From IMG/VR virus record IMGVR_UViG_3300025015_000015: a stretch of DNA of 64,000 nt, one strand, 5' to 3'. Shown in pieces: positions 38,615 through 47,985 of this stretch. Origin of the DNA: a virus. Its lineage: Duplodnaviria > Heunggongvirae > Uroviricota > Caudoviricetes. The notes under the pieces are model-generated. The model was not told where the DNA came from, searched no databases, and saw nothing but the letters and a program-made list of their open reading frames with translations. Positions within the stretch are counted from its first letter, which is position 1. Every line of letters begins with the position of its first letter. Made by a program: the position numbers and the translations under genes.

Positions 38615-39550
38615 CTAATTATCTCTCATTATTCTAACAATTGCATGTTTTATTTGCTTCGAATTCGGTCCCAAAGATATCTCCGTTCGTGGTTGTGAAA
38701 CACTGTTGATTGACACTATTTCACCTTTAGTATTAAGAATAGGTCCACCACTCATTCCAGGAATTACTTCAAGATGGAACTTCATTGTGTGTTCGTTTTT
38801 AGGTCCAAGTTCATTAGCATCATTCACATCTAGTCCAACTACTACACCAACAGAAGCATACGGAGCTTCTTCAGCATCCAGAGGATAACCAGATGAAATT
38901 ATAAGTTCACCTATTTTAGCAATTTCATAACTTATAGGTACATTTTTGGCCACAAACATACGAGCTTGATTAGGATCAATGAAGATCAATCCAACATCAA
39001 TGAATGAATCCCAGTAAGAGTAAAGAACTGGAACATTAATACATCCTTGTCGTACGTGAAGGACTTCATCTTCACTATGTTTTGCCACGTGGCCAGCGGT
39101 AAGAATAATTCCTCTATCTTTATCAATGAAGAAACCTGAACCATGACCACCATCACTATATATAACTAAGGAGGATGATATTCCAACATTTACGGCAAAT
39201 TGTGGATCAAGTCTTAAAACTTTTCGAACCGTTTTATCTAGAACATTGACAATCTGATCCTGAACATCAGCAAGATGAAAATCCAGTTTGATTGATTTCT
39301 CCTGTACATTATCCAGTTTATTTATAAGCTCTACATCATGTTGAGCTAGAGTAAGTTGTGTTTCATCAATAATGTTCTGTCGTCCTTCAAGAAAATTATT
39401 CTTGTTATATAAATCATAAATTACCGTGGACATTGCTTTATTATCCATCCGGAGACAACGAATAGAATCAAGCTGATCCATAGTAATCCATCCCCAAAGA
39501 AGCATTCCAATTAAAGTAATAACTATGGTTCCTTTCCAAAATTTATTCAT
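38615..39550 (-). CDS. trypsin-like (S1/HtrA-type) serine protease with an N-terminal membrane anchor
   Basis: TM helix IVITLIGMLLWGWI; catalytic triad context LTAGHVAKH ... DVGLIFID ... PGMSGGPILN. Confidence 0.65.
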   Translation of the reverse strand: MNKFWKGTIVITLIGMLLWGWITMDQLDSIRCLRMDNKAMSTVIYDLYNKNNFLEGRQNIIDETQLTLAQHDVELINKLDNVQEKSIKLDFHLADVQDQIVNVLDKTVRKVLRLDPQFAVNVGISSSLVIYSDGGHGSGFFIDKDRGIILTAGHVAKHSEDEVLHVRQGCINVPVLYSYWDSFIDVGLIFIDPNQARMFVAKNVPISYEIAKIGELIISSGYPLDAEEAPYASVGVVVGLDVNDANELGPKNEHTMKFHLEVIPGMSGGPILNTKGEIVSINSVSQPRTEISLGPNSKQIKHAIVRIMRDN

Positions 39551-41244
39551 TTTTTAATCTCCTTATCATTTTTTTCAACAAGCTTACTTTTAACTACTAA
39601 CTCAGTTTCTTCATATTTTCCTTTCCAACTTGATTCTGTATATTCAATAAATATGCTCTTTGCCTCTCTTAACGGTAGGAAAGAAAGTATATCTCTATTT
39701 TCAATGGATCTTTTGTTATCCATAACTTGTGCTGGTTCTTCCGATCTTATAGCTCCTTTTGTAAAATCTTTCATATTAAATCCCTGGAGTTTTAATATCT
39801 TATCATTTAAATAATCAAAAATACCAACCAAATCAGCATCTTTATCAACATCTTTTGCTATATCAATTATACTTCTTACTGTAGTTATTCCACTCTCCAA
39901 GGATTTTCTTACGTGTTCTTCCTCCGCAGTTGATGTTTCAGACATGCAAACTTGAAATAATTTTGGATCAGGATCAAAATTCCTATAGGCTAAATGAATC
40001 TGGCATAATCTAGTAATCCCATTTATTAGGGCTCTTTGGAGTCGTCTTGCACTTCTAGCAAATCTATAATCCAATTGTTCCATTGCTTCACTTCCAAGAG
40101 CACCACTTGCTTCTTTAGTAAATCCACCAAGAAGTGATAATGGACAACGTAATGCACAGGATAATTGATTTCTTAATTCTTCTATATCAACAATCCATCT
40201 AATATCCGCATCTTCACCGAGTTTTTCAATTTGTAAATCACCAACATCCCCCCATACTGGAATAAATAAATCCTCCATTACTGTAAGAGAATTTGCCTTT
40301 TCATCATAATTCAAAGCACTTGGATTTGTATTTAATGCACGTGCCTTCTTTAGAGTTTGGGAGTATAAATCAATAAGCTCATTAACGGCTTCCATGTTGG
40401 TTCCATCAACTTTTAGTTTATAAAGATATTTAATAACTCCCCTGGTAAGACGTGCCATAAGTAAACTATCTTCAGCAAGTTTAAGACGCTTATATGTCGC
40501 TAACCCGTTCAATAATATGGAGCAGCCATATTTAGATGAAATTTGTCGGTTATCAGGATTTAAGATGTAAAGAGATCTAAATTCAGAATTCATCGGATCT
40601 CCGGATAATGGACGTCTACGTTTAACACCCAATAATCTTAAGTGAACATATTCCCATGGAGCTATTAATCTTGCTCTGTCATTAGTTTCACTACTACCGG
40701 TCATAATTCCTGCTGGTGTTTCATAGAATCCAATTAGATCCCCATTATAATCAGCCCTACTTATTTCAAGAGGATTTCTATTATCATCAATTGATATAAC
40801 ACCCAATCCAGGAGCACCATTCACTTTTATAAATAAATCACCAAATGCACCAACATTATAGGCCCAATCGAATATTTTTTCTTCTAATCCAACATCATTA
40901 ATAAATTTGGTAAGAATTTCCACGTATTTAGATTCACCGGTAACCCATACCGTAGCATTATTCATTGGAGAATACGTGGTTGCAAAATCAGCAAAAAGTT
41001 CAGTTGCGGCACTCATCATCCAATGATCAAGAGACTTTGTGACTTCGTAATATAGTTGCCATCTGTCATAACTTACATTTAAATTTAATGCTATTTCATT
41101 GGACAATTTATTAATTGATATACCAAGAGTTTTTAATGTATTTAACGTATCCTTATTTATACTACCGCCTTTTAAATCTGTGGTATCAATGAACTTTGTG
41201 TTATACGATAACTTTTTTAAAACTTCAAATGGATTCGTAGCCAT
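39547..41244 (-). CDS. portal protein, T4 gp20 family
   Basis: DADIRWIVDIEELRNQLSCALRCPLSLL aligns with T4 gp20 [22 protein letters not shown]; size is 565 aa (T4 gp20 is 524 aa). Confidence 0.7.
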   Translation of the reverse strand: MATNPFEVLKKLSYNTKFIDTTDLKGGSINKDTLNTLKTLGISINKLSNEIALNLNVSYDRWQLYYEVTKSLDHWMMSAATELFADFATTYSPMNNATVWVTGESKYVEILTKFINDVGLEEKIFDWAYNVGAFGDLFIKVNGAPGLGVISIDDNRNPLEISRADYNGDLIGFYETPAGIMTGSSETNDRARLIAPWEYVHLRLLGVKRRRPLSGDPMNSEFRSLYILNPDNRQISSKYGCSILLNGLATYKRLKLAEDSLLMARLTRGVIKYLYKLKVDGTNMEAVNELIDLYSQTLKKARALNTNPSALNYDEKANSLTVMEDLFIPVWGDVGDLQIEKLGEDADIRWIVDIEELRNQLSCALRCPLSLLGGFTKEASGALGSEAMEQLDYRFARSARRLQRALINGITRLCQIHLAYRNFDPDPKLFQVCMSETSTAEEEHVRKSLESGITTVRSIIDIAKDVDKDADLVGIFDYLNDKILKLQGFNMKDFTKGAIRSEEPAQVMDNKRSIENRDILSFLPLREAKSIFIEYTESSWKGKYEETELVVKSKLVEKNDKEIKK

Positions 41245-41264
41245 GTAGTGTCTCCAGCCTTTAA

Positions 41265-41864
41265 TTATTTGGATTGAATAGATTTTCTAAATCCATCCAC
41301 AACATTTTTGAACCAACTAATTACGGATTGATTTTTTTCTTTATATTCACTTTTAAGTTCAGATAATTTTAAATCATATTTGACTTTATTAATTATATCC
41401 TTGGTAGTTTGACTTTGTTCATTACTAAGAATTTCTCCAGCAGAAGTTTTAACATCTGGATTTGCTTCTTTTATTTTTTGAATACCAATAATATTTTCTT
41501 TAATAGTTTTTCTTACGTTTAATATTATATATACCAAAAGAACCATACATCCGATGAAACCGGCAATAGCAATTTCTTTATGGAATTGAACAAAAGCTAA
41601 ATAAATACTTATTAATATAAATGCTCCTGCCATTAACTTAATTCCTGATCTATATCCAAGCATAAGTGCAAAAATTCCACCACCAACTCCACCCAAAATC
41701 AACAGTGGAAATATCCAATCTTTTTGAATAATTATTTTCTCAATTATTTTAGTTCCTGGTTTAATATTATCATTAATACTGGTTCCTTGATGATTCTCAC
41801 CAAACATACTGCATCCGGATATTAACAAAGTGCCTAAAATAAGAAAAATTATAAATTTACCCAT
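41265..41864 (-). CDS. lipoprotein / integral membrane protein
   Basis: Signal peptide with lipobox LLISGC, followed by 3-4 hydrophobic helices. Confidence 0.45.
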   Translation of the reverse strand: MGKFIIFLILGTLLISGCSMFGENHQGTSINDNIKPGTKIIEKIIIQKDWIFPLLILGGVGGGIFALMLGYRSGIKLMAGAFILISIYLAFVQFHKEIAIAGFIGCMVLLVYIILNVRKTIKENIIGIQKIKEANPDVKTSAGEILSNEQSQTTKDIINKVKYDLKLSELKSEYKEKNQSVISWFKNVVDGFRKSIQSK

Positions 41865-41882
41865 TAATATTTTCCTTTAATA

Positions 41883-42248
41883 TTATTTTACTCTATCTTT
41901 ATTGCCGGGAAGATCATCAAGATCATGACGGTTATTTTCTTCAAAATGCATTAATGCAAAAGACCAAAAAGCAATAGCTGCTAAATGATCTTCAGTTCTA
42001 TCCCCTTCTAGATGTTCAGACCAATGACGTGCAATTTTATTCATAGCTACTGACATTGGAATACCCTTTTCCCAATTTCTATCACCTTTTTGTATATTTC
42101 CAGCTTCATACCTAAGAGCCAATCTTCGTAGTCCTTTTGTACTAATTAAATGATATGCACCACGACCGGTTTGATCACTACATATTGCACCAGATGGATT
42201 GGTTTGTACAGGTTCTTCTTTAGTTTTATTAATTATTTTATTTGACAT
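41883..42248 (-). CDS. MazG-like all-alpha dNTP pyrophosphohydrolase (dATP/dGTP diphosphohydrolase, MazZ-like) candidate
   Basis: LRRLALRYEAGNIQKGDRNWEKG ... HLEGDRTEDHLAAIAFWSFALMHFE resembles the phage dATP/dGTP diphosphohydrolase N-terminal domain pattern (R-x-A-x-x-YE-x-GA-x-KYG-x-x-NW-x-KG). Confidence 0.35.
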   Translation of the reverse strand: MSNKIINKTKEEPVQTNPSGAICSDQTGRGAYHLISTKGLRRLALRYEAGNIQKGDRNWEKGIPMSVAMNKIARHWSEHLEGDRTEDHLAAIAFWSFALMHFEENNRHDLDDLPGNKDRVK

Positions 42249-42249
42249 A

Positions 42250-42393
42250 TTTAATTATTTCCTCATCTTTTAAATCGGGCTTAACAATTTGATTATTTTC
42301 TGCTTTAGAAGCTTTTAATGCCTCTTTAAGTTCTTTTTCTGCTTGCTCCTGTCGCCATTGTAATGTTCTAAGCATTTTCTTTTCACGGCTCAT
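42250..42393 (-). CDS. small basic ORF (47 aa)
   Basis: AAAGGAG RBS; ORF below the track threshold. Confidence 0.2.
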
Positions 42394-42394
42394 T

Positions 42395-42560
42395 TTATTT
42401 CTCCTTTCCACAATTATGATTTAAACATAAAACTTGAAAACCTGGAGGAAAATTCATTTTTCTTAAATATCTATAAAAATAAGAACTACCACCAATTTCC
42501 TTCTTTTGTATATTTCCTCCCCAATTTATATGATCTATAGAAAGAATTCTTATATCAGTT
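42395..42560 (-). pseudogene. remnant of the HNH endonuclease catalytic domain (IDHINWGGN...NFPPGFQVLCLNHNCGKE)
   Basis: Matches CIDHINNDRY...NNFPPGFQVLCFNCNFKK of the intact copy at 48880-49629; no start codon or N-terminal domain. Confidence 0.45.
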
Positions 42561-42571
42561 TCACCACACTA

Positions 42572-43198
42572 TTATTTATTTAATATATAATCTTCAGCTT
42601 TCATATTTTCTTTAATTATTCTTACGGCTCTACGGTAACGGTGTGATGCCCGATGAATTTTTATTTTTAAGTCCTTTGAAATTTTTGTTAAGGTTTCTTG
42701 ATACGCTAAATATCTTATCATTATATAAACATCAATCTTCTTCAATTTTCCTTGTTCAATTAAATCACCAACACCACTAAAAAATTCCTCAAATATGATA
42801 CCTTTTGTTATTTCACTATCATCAGTACACATTACAGCTAAATTTTCCCACATTTCAATATCTTCTAAACTTTTAAGTTTACTGAATTTGTAAAATGTTT
42901 GTTTAAATCTCCATTTAATATAAGATATAATTTTTGCAATAATTCTATGACCATTATCCCATGGTTTAATTATTTTCATAGCATCATTCAAAGCACATAC
43001 TGCTGTTTGATAGGCATCTTTTTTATCAACATCTTTAAAATAATACCATTTTGATTCATATTTGTATATTTGGTCTATTAAAAGTTTATCAACAGCAGCC
43101 AAAATTTCTTCAAATATTTTTGGATCAAATTTAGATTCTTGATATCTAGTTGTTAAATCCCTGATTCTTTCAAACTTTTCTTCTTTATTTTCTTTCAT
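42572..43198 (-). CDS. sigma-factor-like late transcription regulator candidate
   Basis: C-terminus ETLTKISKDLKIKIHRASHRYRRAVRIIKE resembles the sigma70 region 4.2 HTH; sits immediately downstream of the terminase. Confidence 0.3.
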   Translation of the reverse strand: MKENKEEKFERIRDLTTRYQESKFDPKIFEEILAAVDKLLIDQIYKYESKWYYFKDVDKKDAYQTAVCALNDAMKIIKPWDNGHRIIAKIISYIKWRFKQTFYKFSKLKSLEDIEMWENLAVMCTDDSEITKGIIFEEFFSGVGDLIEQGKLKKIDVYIMIRYLAYQETLTKISKDLKIKIHRASHRYRRAVRIIKENMKAEDYILNK

Positions 43199-45144
43199 TT
43201 TGTTAATCTCCTTAGCATATCCTTCATGATGTTAATCTCCTTGTTTGACATTCCACCATCAGTGAATTGTTCAACTCTTTTATTTTTTGGAGTTTTATCA
43301 AGATCTACCCACCACAAAGGATTATTTTGTGGTGGTGACGATTGATCAGTTAATTTTTTCATTATCTTAGTCATAACTTCTATATCGGGCGGTTCACCGC
43401 AATGATTTACCGCTGAAATTACTGATCCAACAACTCCATCCGATACGTCCTTTGATCCTTTTAAAACCTTTTTTTCAGTGTCACCATCTTTTAAAATTTC
43501 TACCATTTGAACTTTATTAGGATGATCAATTTTACCACTTTCAGGATCTTCCTCAAGATTCACCAATTCAAATCTTAAATATGGATTATTATAACAAACC
43601 CAACGGCATTCTTCGACTAAACCTCTAAATGTTTTATATCCTTCTGGAGTCTTATCAAGCGACAAGTATTCGCACTTAATTCCTCTTTTCGTTAGAATTT
43701 GTTTGGTGTCCTCAGAAAGTAAACTTAGATCAGCAGTAAATAAATCTATATTAAAATGATAAATATCCCTAAGATCAAGAATAAATTTTCTTATAGTATA
43801 AAGAGGAATTTTGTCACCTTCCCTAGCTTTTATTCTTATTGCCAATTCAGTTCTTATAACTGGAGATCTCCTTAGTGTGTACGTTCCATCCGGTTGTTCT
43901 ATATTAACCTTTTTCCATCCACAGGCACAGGACATACCAATACCCATGGCATCACCATCACCAGAATATGAAATATCCTGATGAATATATCTTGGAATAT
44001 GTCGTGGAACTTGTATTTTTGAGAAATCAATGAATTTTGTAAGATCCAGATCGTCATTTATTCCAATATCTATTTGAAGCATTGATAATGGACTTGGAAT
44101 TGAATCATCCATGCAATCATCAACTAATTTTTCCGAATTGAATAATTTGGATCTTCTACTATAGGTAACCGATGTACCCGCAATATCTCTAAGTGCACCA
44201 ATTATATCATCTTCAAATTTTTGTAAGTATTCAATTGGGACTTTTATTATTTCTTTACCTATCTTTACAGCTTTTTCAATATCTTCTTGTGTTCTTAGTA
44301 TTTTTGATTGGATATAAGCATCTCCAATCATTACGTTAAATGTTTCACCACAATATCTAATATCGTTTCCAGCTTCCCATTTTGGTACATCAAAAACAAT
44401 TACATTTGAATTATTACGTTTTTCTTCAATAAATGTACTAAGGAATGAAAGCTGTTCCTGTTTTGACGCAACAAGGAACATTCTTCCAATTGTTTCTCCA
44501 TCAAATACAAACCGTGAATCAAGTCTTCTCTCTGTATCGTTGTAAGCCTGAAGAATTCTTCTTTTTTGACCTTCTGATTCATTTGGACTATCAACTTCGT
44601 CCAGGATTGCTATTATTGGACTTAATCCTTGTTGACCGGATCCTTTTGAATATGGTGATCCAAGACAATATTCAAATATTGAAAAATCTACCCTTGGATT
44701 ATCAATACTACCATTTATAGTTCCATATTTTTTAAACCAATCCGAATTATTAAGATGAGTTTGCATTATATTAAATCCGGCACTACCTCCAAGACTTTTA
44801 GTAAGATTGAAGAAGATAATTTGCATCTTACCACCAGCAGCCTTCCCCATAAATGCCCATGGATCTTTAAGGCATAAGACCCTATGCATGGTATATAATG
44901 CACCATATATAGCACATCTACTTTTACCACCACCAATGCATCCGGTAAGAGCAACTATATATTTTTTATCAGTAACAAATATCTCCTTTAATGCTCTTCT
45001 CCAGATTGGATATACATCAATTCCGTTTCTAGTGGTTTTTCCAAGGTATTGTGGATCATTAAGAAATGAGTCTATATCAACTGGACGCTCTTTATAATCC
45101 ATTTCGTACAAGTGATCCAAGTAGGCTTTTATTCTTTTTGGCAT
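43195..45144 (-). CDS. terminase large subunit (T4 gp17-like ATPase/nuclease)
   Basis: Walker A LTGCIGGGKS, 649 aa, adjacent to portal and candidate small subunit. Confidence 0.7.
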   Translation of the reverse strand: MPKRIKAYLDHLYEMDYKERPVDIDSFLNDPQYLGKTTRNGIDVYPIWRRALKEIFVTDKKYIVALTGCIGGGKSRCAIYGALYTMHRVLCLKDPWAFMGKAAGGKMQIIFFNLTKSLGGSAGFNIMQTHLNNSDWFKKYGTINGSIDNPRVDFSIFEYCLGSPYSKGSGQQGLSPIIAILDEVDSPNESEGQKRRILQAYNDTERRLDSRFVFDGETIGRMFLVASKQEQLSFLSTFIEEKRNNSNVIVFDVPKWEAGNDIRYCGETFNVMIGDAYIQSKILRTQEDIEKAVKIGKEIIKVPIEYLQKFEDDIIGALRDIAGTSVTYSRRSKLFNSEKLVDDCMDDSIPSPLSMLQIDIGINDDLDLTKFIDFSKIQVPRHIPRYIHQDISYSGDGDAMGIGMSCACGWKKVNIEQPDGTYTLRRSPVIRTELAIRIKAREGDKIPLYTIRKFILDLRDIYHFNIDLFTADLSLLSEDTKQILTKRGIKCEYLSLDKTPEGYKTFRGLVEECRWVCYNNPYLRFELVNLEEDPESGKIDHPNKVQMVEILKDGDTEKKVLKGSKDVSDGVVGSVISAVNHCGEPPDIEVMTKIMKKLTDQSSPPQNNPLWWVDLDKTPKNKRVEQFTDGGMSNKEINIMKDMLRRLTK

Positions 45145-45860
45145 TCCGCAGTTCCTTCTTCCATCAATCCTTCCTCAAGCATTCTACTTTCAATACCCTT
45201 TCTAAGACTTTCCCTTGTTTTTGGATCTAGAGATCTTGCTTGTTCTATTAAACTTTGTTCTTCATCGTTTAATACAACGGAATCAACCTGTTTGGCTCCA
45301 GGTTGTCCCAAATGTATATGTTGTGATCCAATAATTTTTCTGTTATCATTTACAGTTGGAGTTATGGAAGATCCATCTTGCTTTGGAACAACAAATCCCA
45401 TTTTTGCAGCAAATTCAGTTAAAAATTCACGTTCTTTTCTAAGTTCAGCTATAATAGCTCTGATTTCTTTATAATTTTTTTGTTTTTCAATAACATTCAT
45501 TATCTCAATATTACATTTAGAACATATATATTTAAATTCATCATCAAAAATATAACGATTCATTCTTACTTTGCAACAGGGGGATACTAAATCTTTATAT
45601 CCAGTTAAATCATTAAGACATTCAATAAGATGTGCTGTTTCCTGTTGATGACCTGACAATACTTCTTCACTTATGGCACAGGCAATATCATAATTAACTT
45701 CATGTTTACGTTTTCTTTGAATTCTTTCTGATATAGTTCTTACATAATCCGGATCAGCACCACATTCAGCTACTACTTTATCAATATTTCCTCTATGTTT
45801 AAATATGAGGGATCCAACCCGTTGCTCCATTCTAAATTTTTCAATATTTCCATTTGGCAT
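45129..45860 (-). CDS. terminase small subunit candidate (HTH plus zinc ribbon)
   Basis: Immediately upstream of the large terminase and overlapping it; CCKVRMN...CSKCN zinc ribbon. Confidence 0.35.
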   Translation of the reverse strand: MPNGNIEKFRMEQRVGSLIFKHRGNIDKVVAECGADPDYVRTISERIQRKRKHEVNYDIACAISEEVLSGHQQETAHLIECLNDLTGYKDLVSPCCKVRMNRYIFDDEFKYICSKCNIEIMNVIEKQKNYKEIRAIIAELRKEREFLTEFAAKMGFVVPKQDGSSITPTVNDNRKIIGSQHIHLGQPGAKQVDSVVLNDEEQSLIEQARSLDPKTRESLRKGIESRMLEEGLMEEGTAECQKE

Positions 45861-45862
45861 AA

Positions 45863-46093
45863 TTACTCCATTAATTCTTTACACAATACTAATGGCATTC
45901 CCCAGTATTTTTTAGGAACACCAGATATTCCTTCTTTTGGAATAAATTTAATAAACGTACCATTACTTAATTTACAAAAATACCTCCCATTACAGTCAGT
46001 ACCAAGTTGATCACAATAAGGATGACAAGCAAAGAAACCCCCACCAATATCTTTAAATTTTACACTAAGTTCAAATTCAAAAACTCTACTCAT
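45863..46093 (-). CDS. hypothetical Cys-rich small protein
   Basis: ORF only. Confidence 0.2.
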   Translation of the reverse strand: MSRVFEFELSVKFKDIGGGFFACHPYCDQLGTDCNGRYFCKLSNGTFIKFIPKEGISGVPKKYWGMPLVLCKELME

Positions 46094-46485
46094 TTAATAA
46101 TTCCTTTAATATCACATTCTCCACACATAACAATAAAAGTATCCTTATCATCAACTTTATCAATAATAAACCAAGGCACTGATTTATCATAAAGTACAAT
46201 AGTTCCTGGAATTAGATCCGGTTGTGTTGAATGATATCTTCCTTTATCATCCTGATAACCAGGACCTATTGCAAGTAAAATTCCATAACTATTTTTATGA
46301 AGCTTTTTGAACTGTTCTGGAATTGATATTACACCAAGAGATCCTAATGTTTCTGGTTTAGGAAATGGCCAAATAAAACAAATATCCCTTAATGGTCTAT
46401 ACCCAAATCCAACATTCCAATCACTAATATATGGACATTGTTTAAAAATTTCCTTTTTATTAATATTAATTTCTAATTTATCCAT
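46090..46485 (-). CDS. GroES/gp31-like co-chaperonin
   Basis: GYRPLRD...SLGVISIPE...NSYGILLAIGPGYQDDKG...IPGTIVLYDK...KDTFIVM...DIKGIIK follows the GroES pattern (RPL-DRV..., ...G-x-VLAVG-x-G..., GD-x-V-x-F..., ...E-x-L-x-M-x-E-x-DIL-x-I). Confidence 0.45.
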   Translation of the reverse strand: MDKLEININKKEIFKQCPYISDWNVGFGYRPLRDICFIWPFPKPETLGSLGVISIPEQFKKLHKNSYGILLAIGPGYQDDKGRYHSTQPDLIPGTIVLYDKSVPWFIIDKVDDKDTFIVMCGECDIKGIIK

Positions 46486-46496
46486 ATTTATACCCT

Positions 46497-46934
46497 TTAA
46501 ATGTTTTTAAGTAATTCAGGATAATCAGCACAACTTAAAATTTCCTTTCTAAGATGTGGCCATTTCTCTACTGCTAGATTATATAATATTTTATAAAGTA
46601 ATATTTGATAAGGAACAAAAATCCAGTTTAGAGGTTTTACAATATAATGTCCAAATTTACAATCGAGATTCCATAACCATTTTGGATATTGAGAAAAACA
46701 AAATCCAGGATGTGTAATTGAATGAATTTGACTAAATCCAAAGCTACAATAAACTCTAACTGTTCCAAACTTCTCCTTCCAATCTATTACATCAACTCTT
46801 CCAAATCTACGAAGATTTTTTCCAATAAATTTTGCAGCTTTATTTATTCCTTCCCAATCAACATCCGGATCTCCCCACATATGCATAACTTGACTCCTAA
46901 AATTTATTTCAATCATTAGTATGTTTTTCAACAT
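46497..46934 (-). CDS. hypothetical protein
   Basis: ORF only. Confidence 0.25.
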   Translation of the reverse strand: MLKNILMIEINFRSQVMHMWGDPDVDWEGINKAAKFIGKNLRRFGRVDVIDWKEKFGTVRVYCSFGFSQIHSITHPGFCFSQYPKWLWNLDCKFGHYIVKPLNWIFVPYQILLYKILYNLAVEKWPHLRKEILSCADYPELLKNI

Positions 46935-47526
46935 AACTTATTTCGTTTGTTTGTTTAACTACAAATACAGTATCGGAAGATTTAGTAATTTCATCTTCAT
47001 GAGTAATTATAATAAATTGAATTCCAAGCATGTTGGAAAGTTTTTTAATCATTTCACCAAAAAATTCCATCTTATCAGCAGATGCATCTTTTAATGGTTC
47101 ATCAAGAATTAATGTATTTCTTGTTTTATTACTGGATATGGCCCAAAGAACAACCCTTAAAACAAAAGCAACAAGAACAGCCACTGTTCCACCAGATTCA
47201 TCTTTAAGAGATCTTCGTTTTCCATTTTTAACTATATAAAGGTATGATTCCGGTTTTCCATGCTTAATTTCATCTTCAATTTTAAATTCATACTCAGGAC
47301 CAAAAACTGATTGCATAGCATTTGTAACAAGATCTTCAATTACAGTCTTAACTTCTTGTTGAGCAAGAATACCAACAGCATTCATTACATCTTTAGCTTT
47401 ATTAAGATCTTCTTTACACTTTTTAATATTTGATAATAATTCTTCGACTTCAGACTTTTTTAGCATTAAAGAGTCCAATTTTGATTGTTTTGAATAATAA
47501 AACTTTTTATATACTTCTAAATTCAT
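46909..47526 (-). CDS. Rad50/SbcC-like ATPase, C-terminal half (signature motif, Walker B, H-loop)
   Basis: ESGGTVAV (ABC signature), LILDEP (Walker B/D-loop), IIITHEDE (H-loop). Confidence 0.6.
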   Translation of the reverse strand: MNLEVYKKFYYSKQSKLDSLMLKKSEVEELLSNIKKCKEDLNKAKDVMNAVGILAQQEVKTVIEDLVTNAMQSVFGPEYEFKIEDEIKHGKPESYLYIVKNGKRRSLKDESGGTVAVLVAFVLRVVLWAISSNKTRNTLILDEPLKDASADKMEFFGEMIKKLSNMLGIQFIIITHEDEITKSSDTVFVVKQTNEISYVEKHTND

Positions 47527-47852
47527 TAAATTCCAATACCATTTCCATTTGCATATTTTTTATTTACTTTGACAAATATTGTTGTACCCTCTGGCCACAT
47601 TTGGGGAGGAATTATCAAATTTGCTCCTGGCTCTAATTCAGAGGGTGTATTATCAGCGTAATAATTCATAGTCCACTTTCTAGCATTAGTATTTGTGTCT
47701 CTTTCTACTGTTATGTATCCTATTTCTACAAGACTATGACTTTTTTTCAGATTTACTAATAATCTCATCCATTTCTGTATTAATTTTTCCAAGGTCAGTT
47801 TCACATTCCTTAAGTTCTGTTTCAGTTTCAAGTAATAACTTTTCAGCTTCAT
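47526..47852 (-). CDS. hypothetical protein
   Basis: ORF only; partly overlaps the coiled-coil ORF in another frame. Confidence 0.2.
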   Translation of the reverse strand: MKLKSYYLKLKQNLRNVKLTLEKLIQKWMRLLVNLKKSHSLVEIGYITVERDTNTNARKWTMNYYADNTPSELEPGANLIIPPQMWPEGTTIFVKVNKKYANGNGIGI

Positions 47853-47985
47853 CTAAATTCTCCACACCAAATTCTGTTTTAAGGGATTGTAATAACTGAT
47901 CACGTTGACCTATTAATTTATCATTTGAAGATTTTAAATCAACTAATTTTCTTTTTTTGTTTTTAATATCACTAATTAGATCCAT
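47734..47985 (-). CDS. coiled-coil protein (possible returning coiled-coil arm of the split Rad50)
   Basis: 83 aa with heptad-like charged/leucine pattern, lying between Mre11 and the Rad50 C-terminal half. Confidence 0.3.
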   Translation of the reverse strand: MDLISDIKNKKRKLVDLKSSNDKLIGQRDQLLQSLKTEFGVENLDEAEKLLLETETELKECETDLGKINTEMDEIISKSEKKS

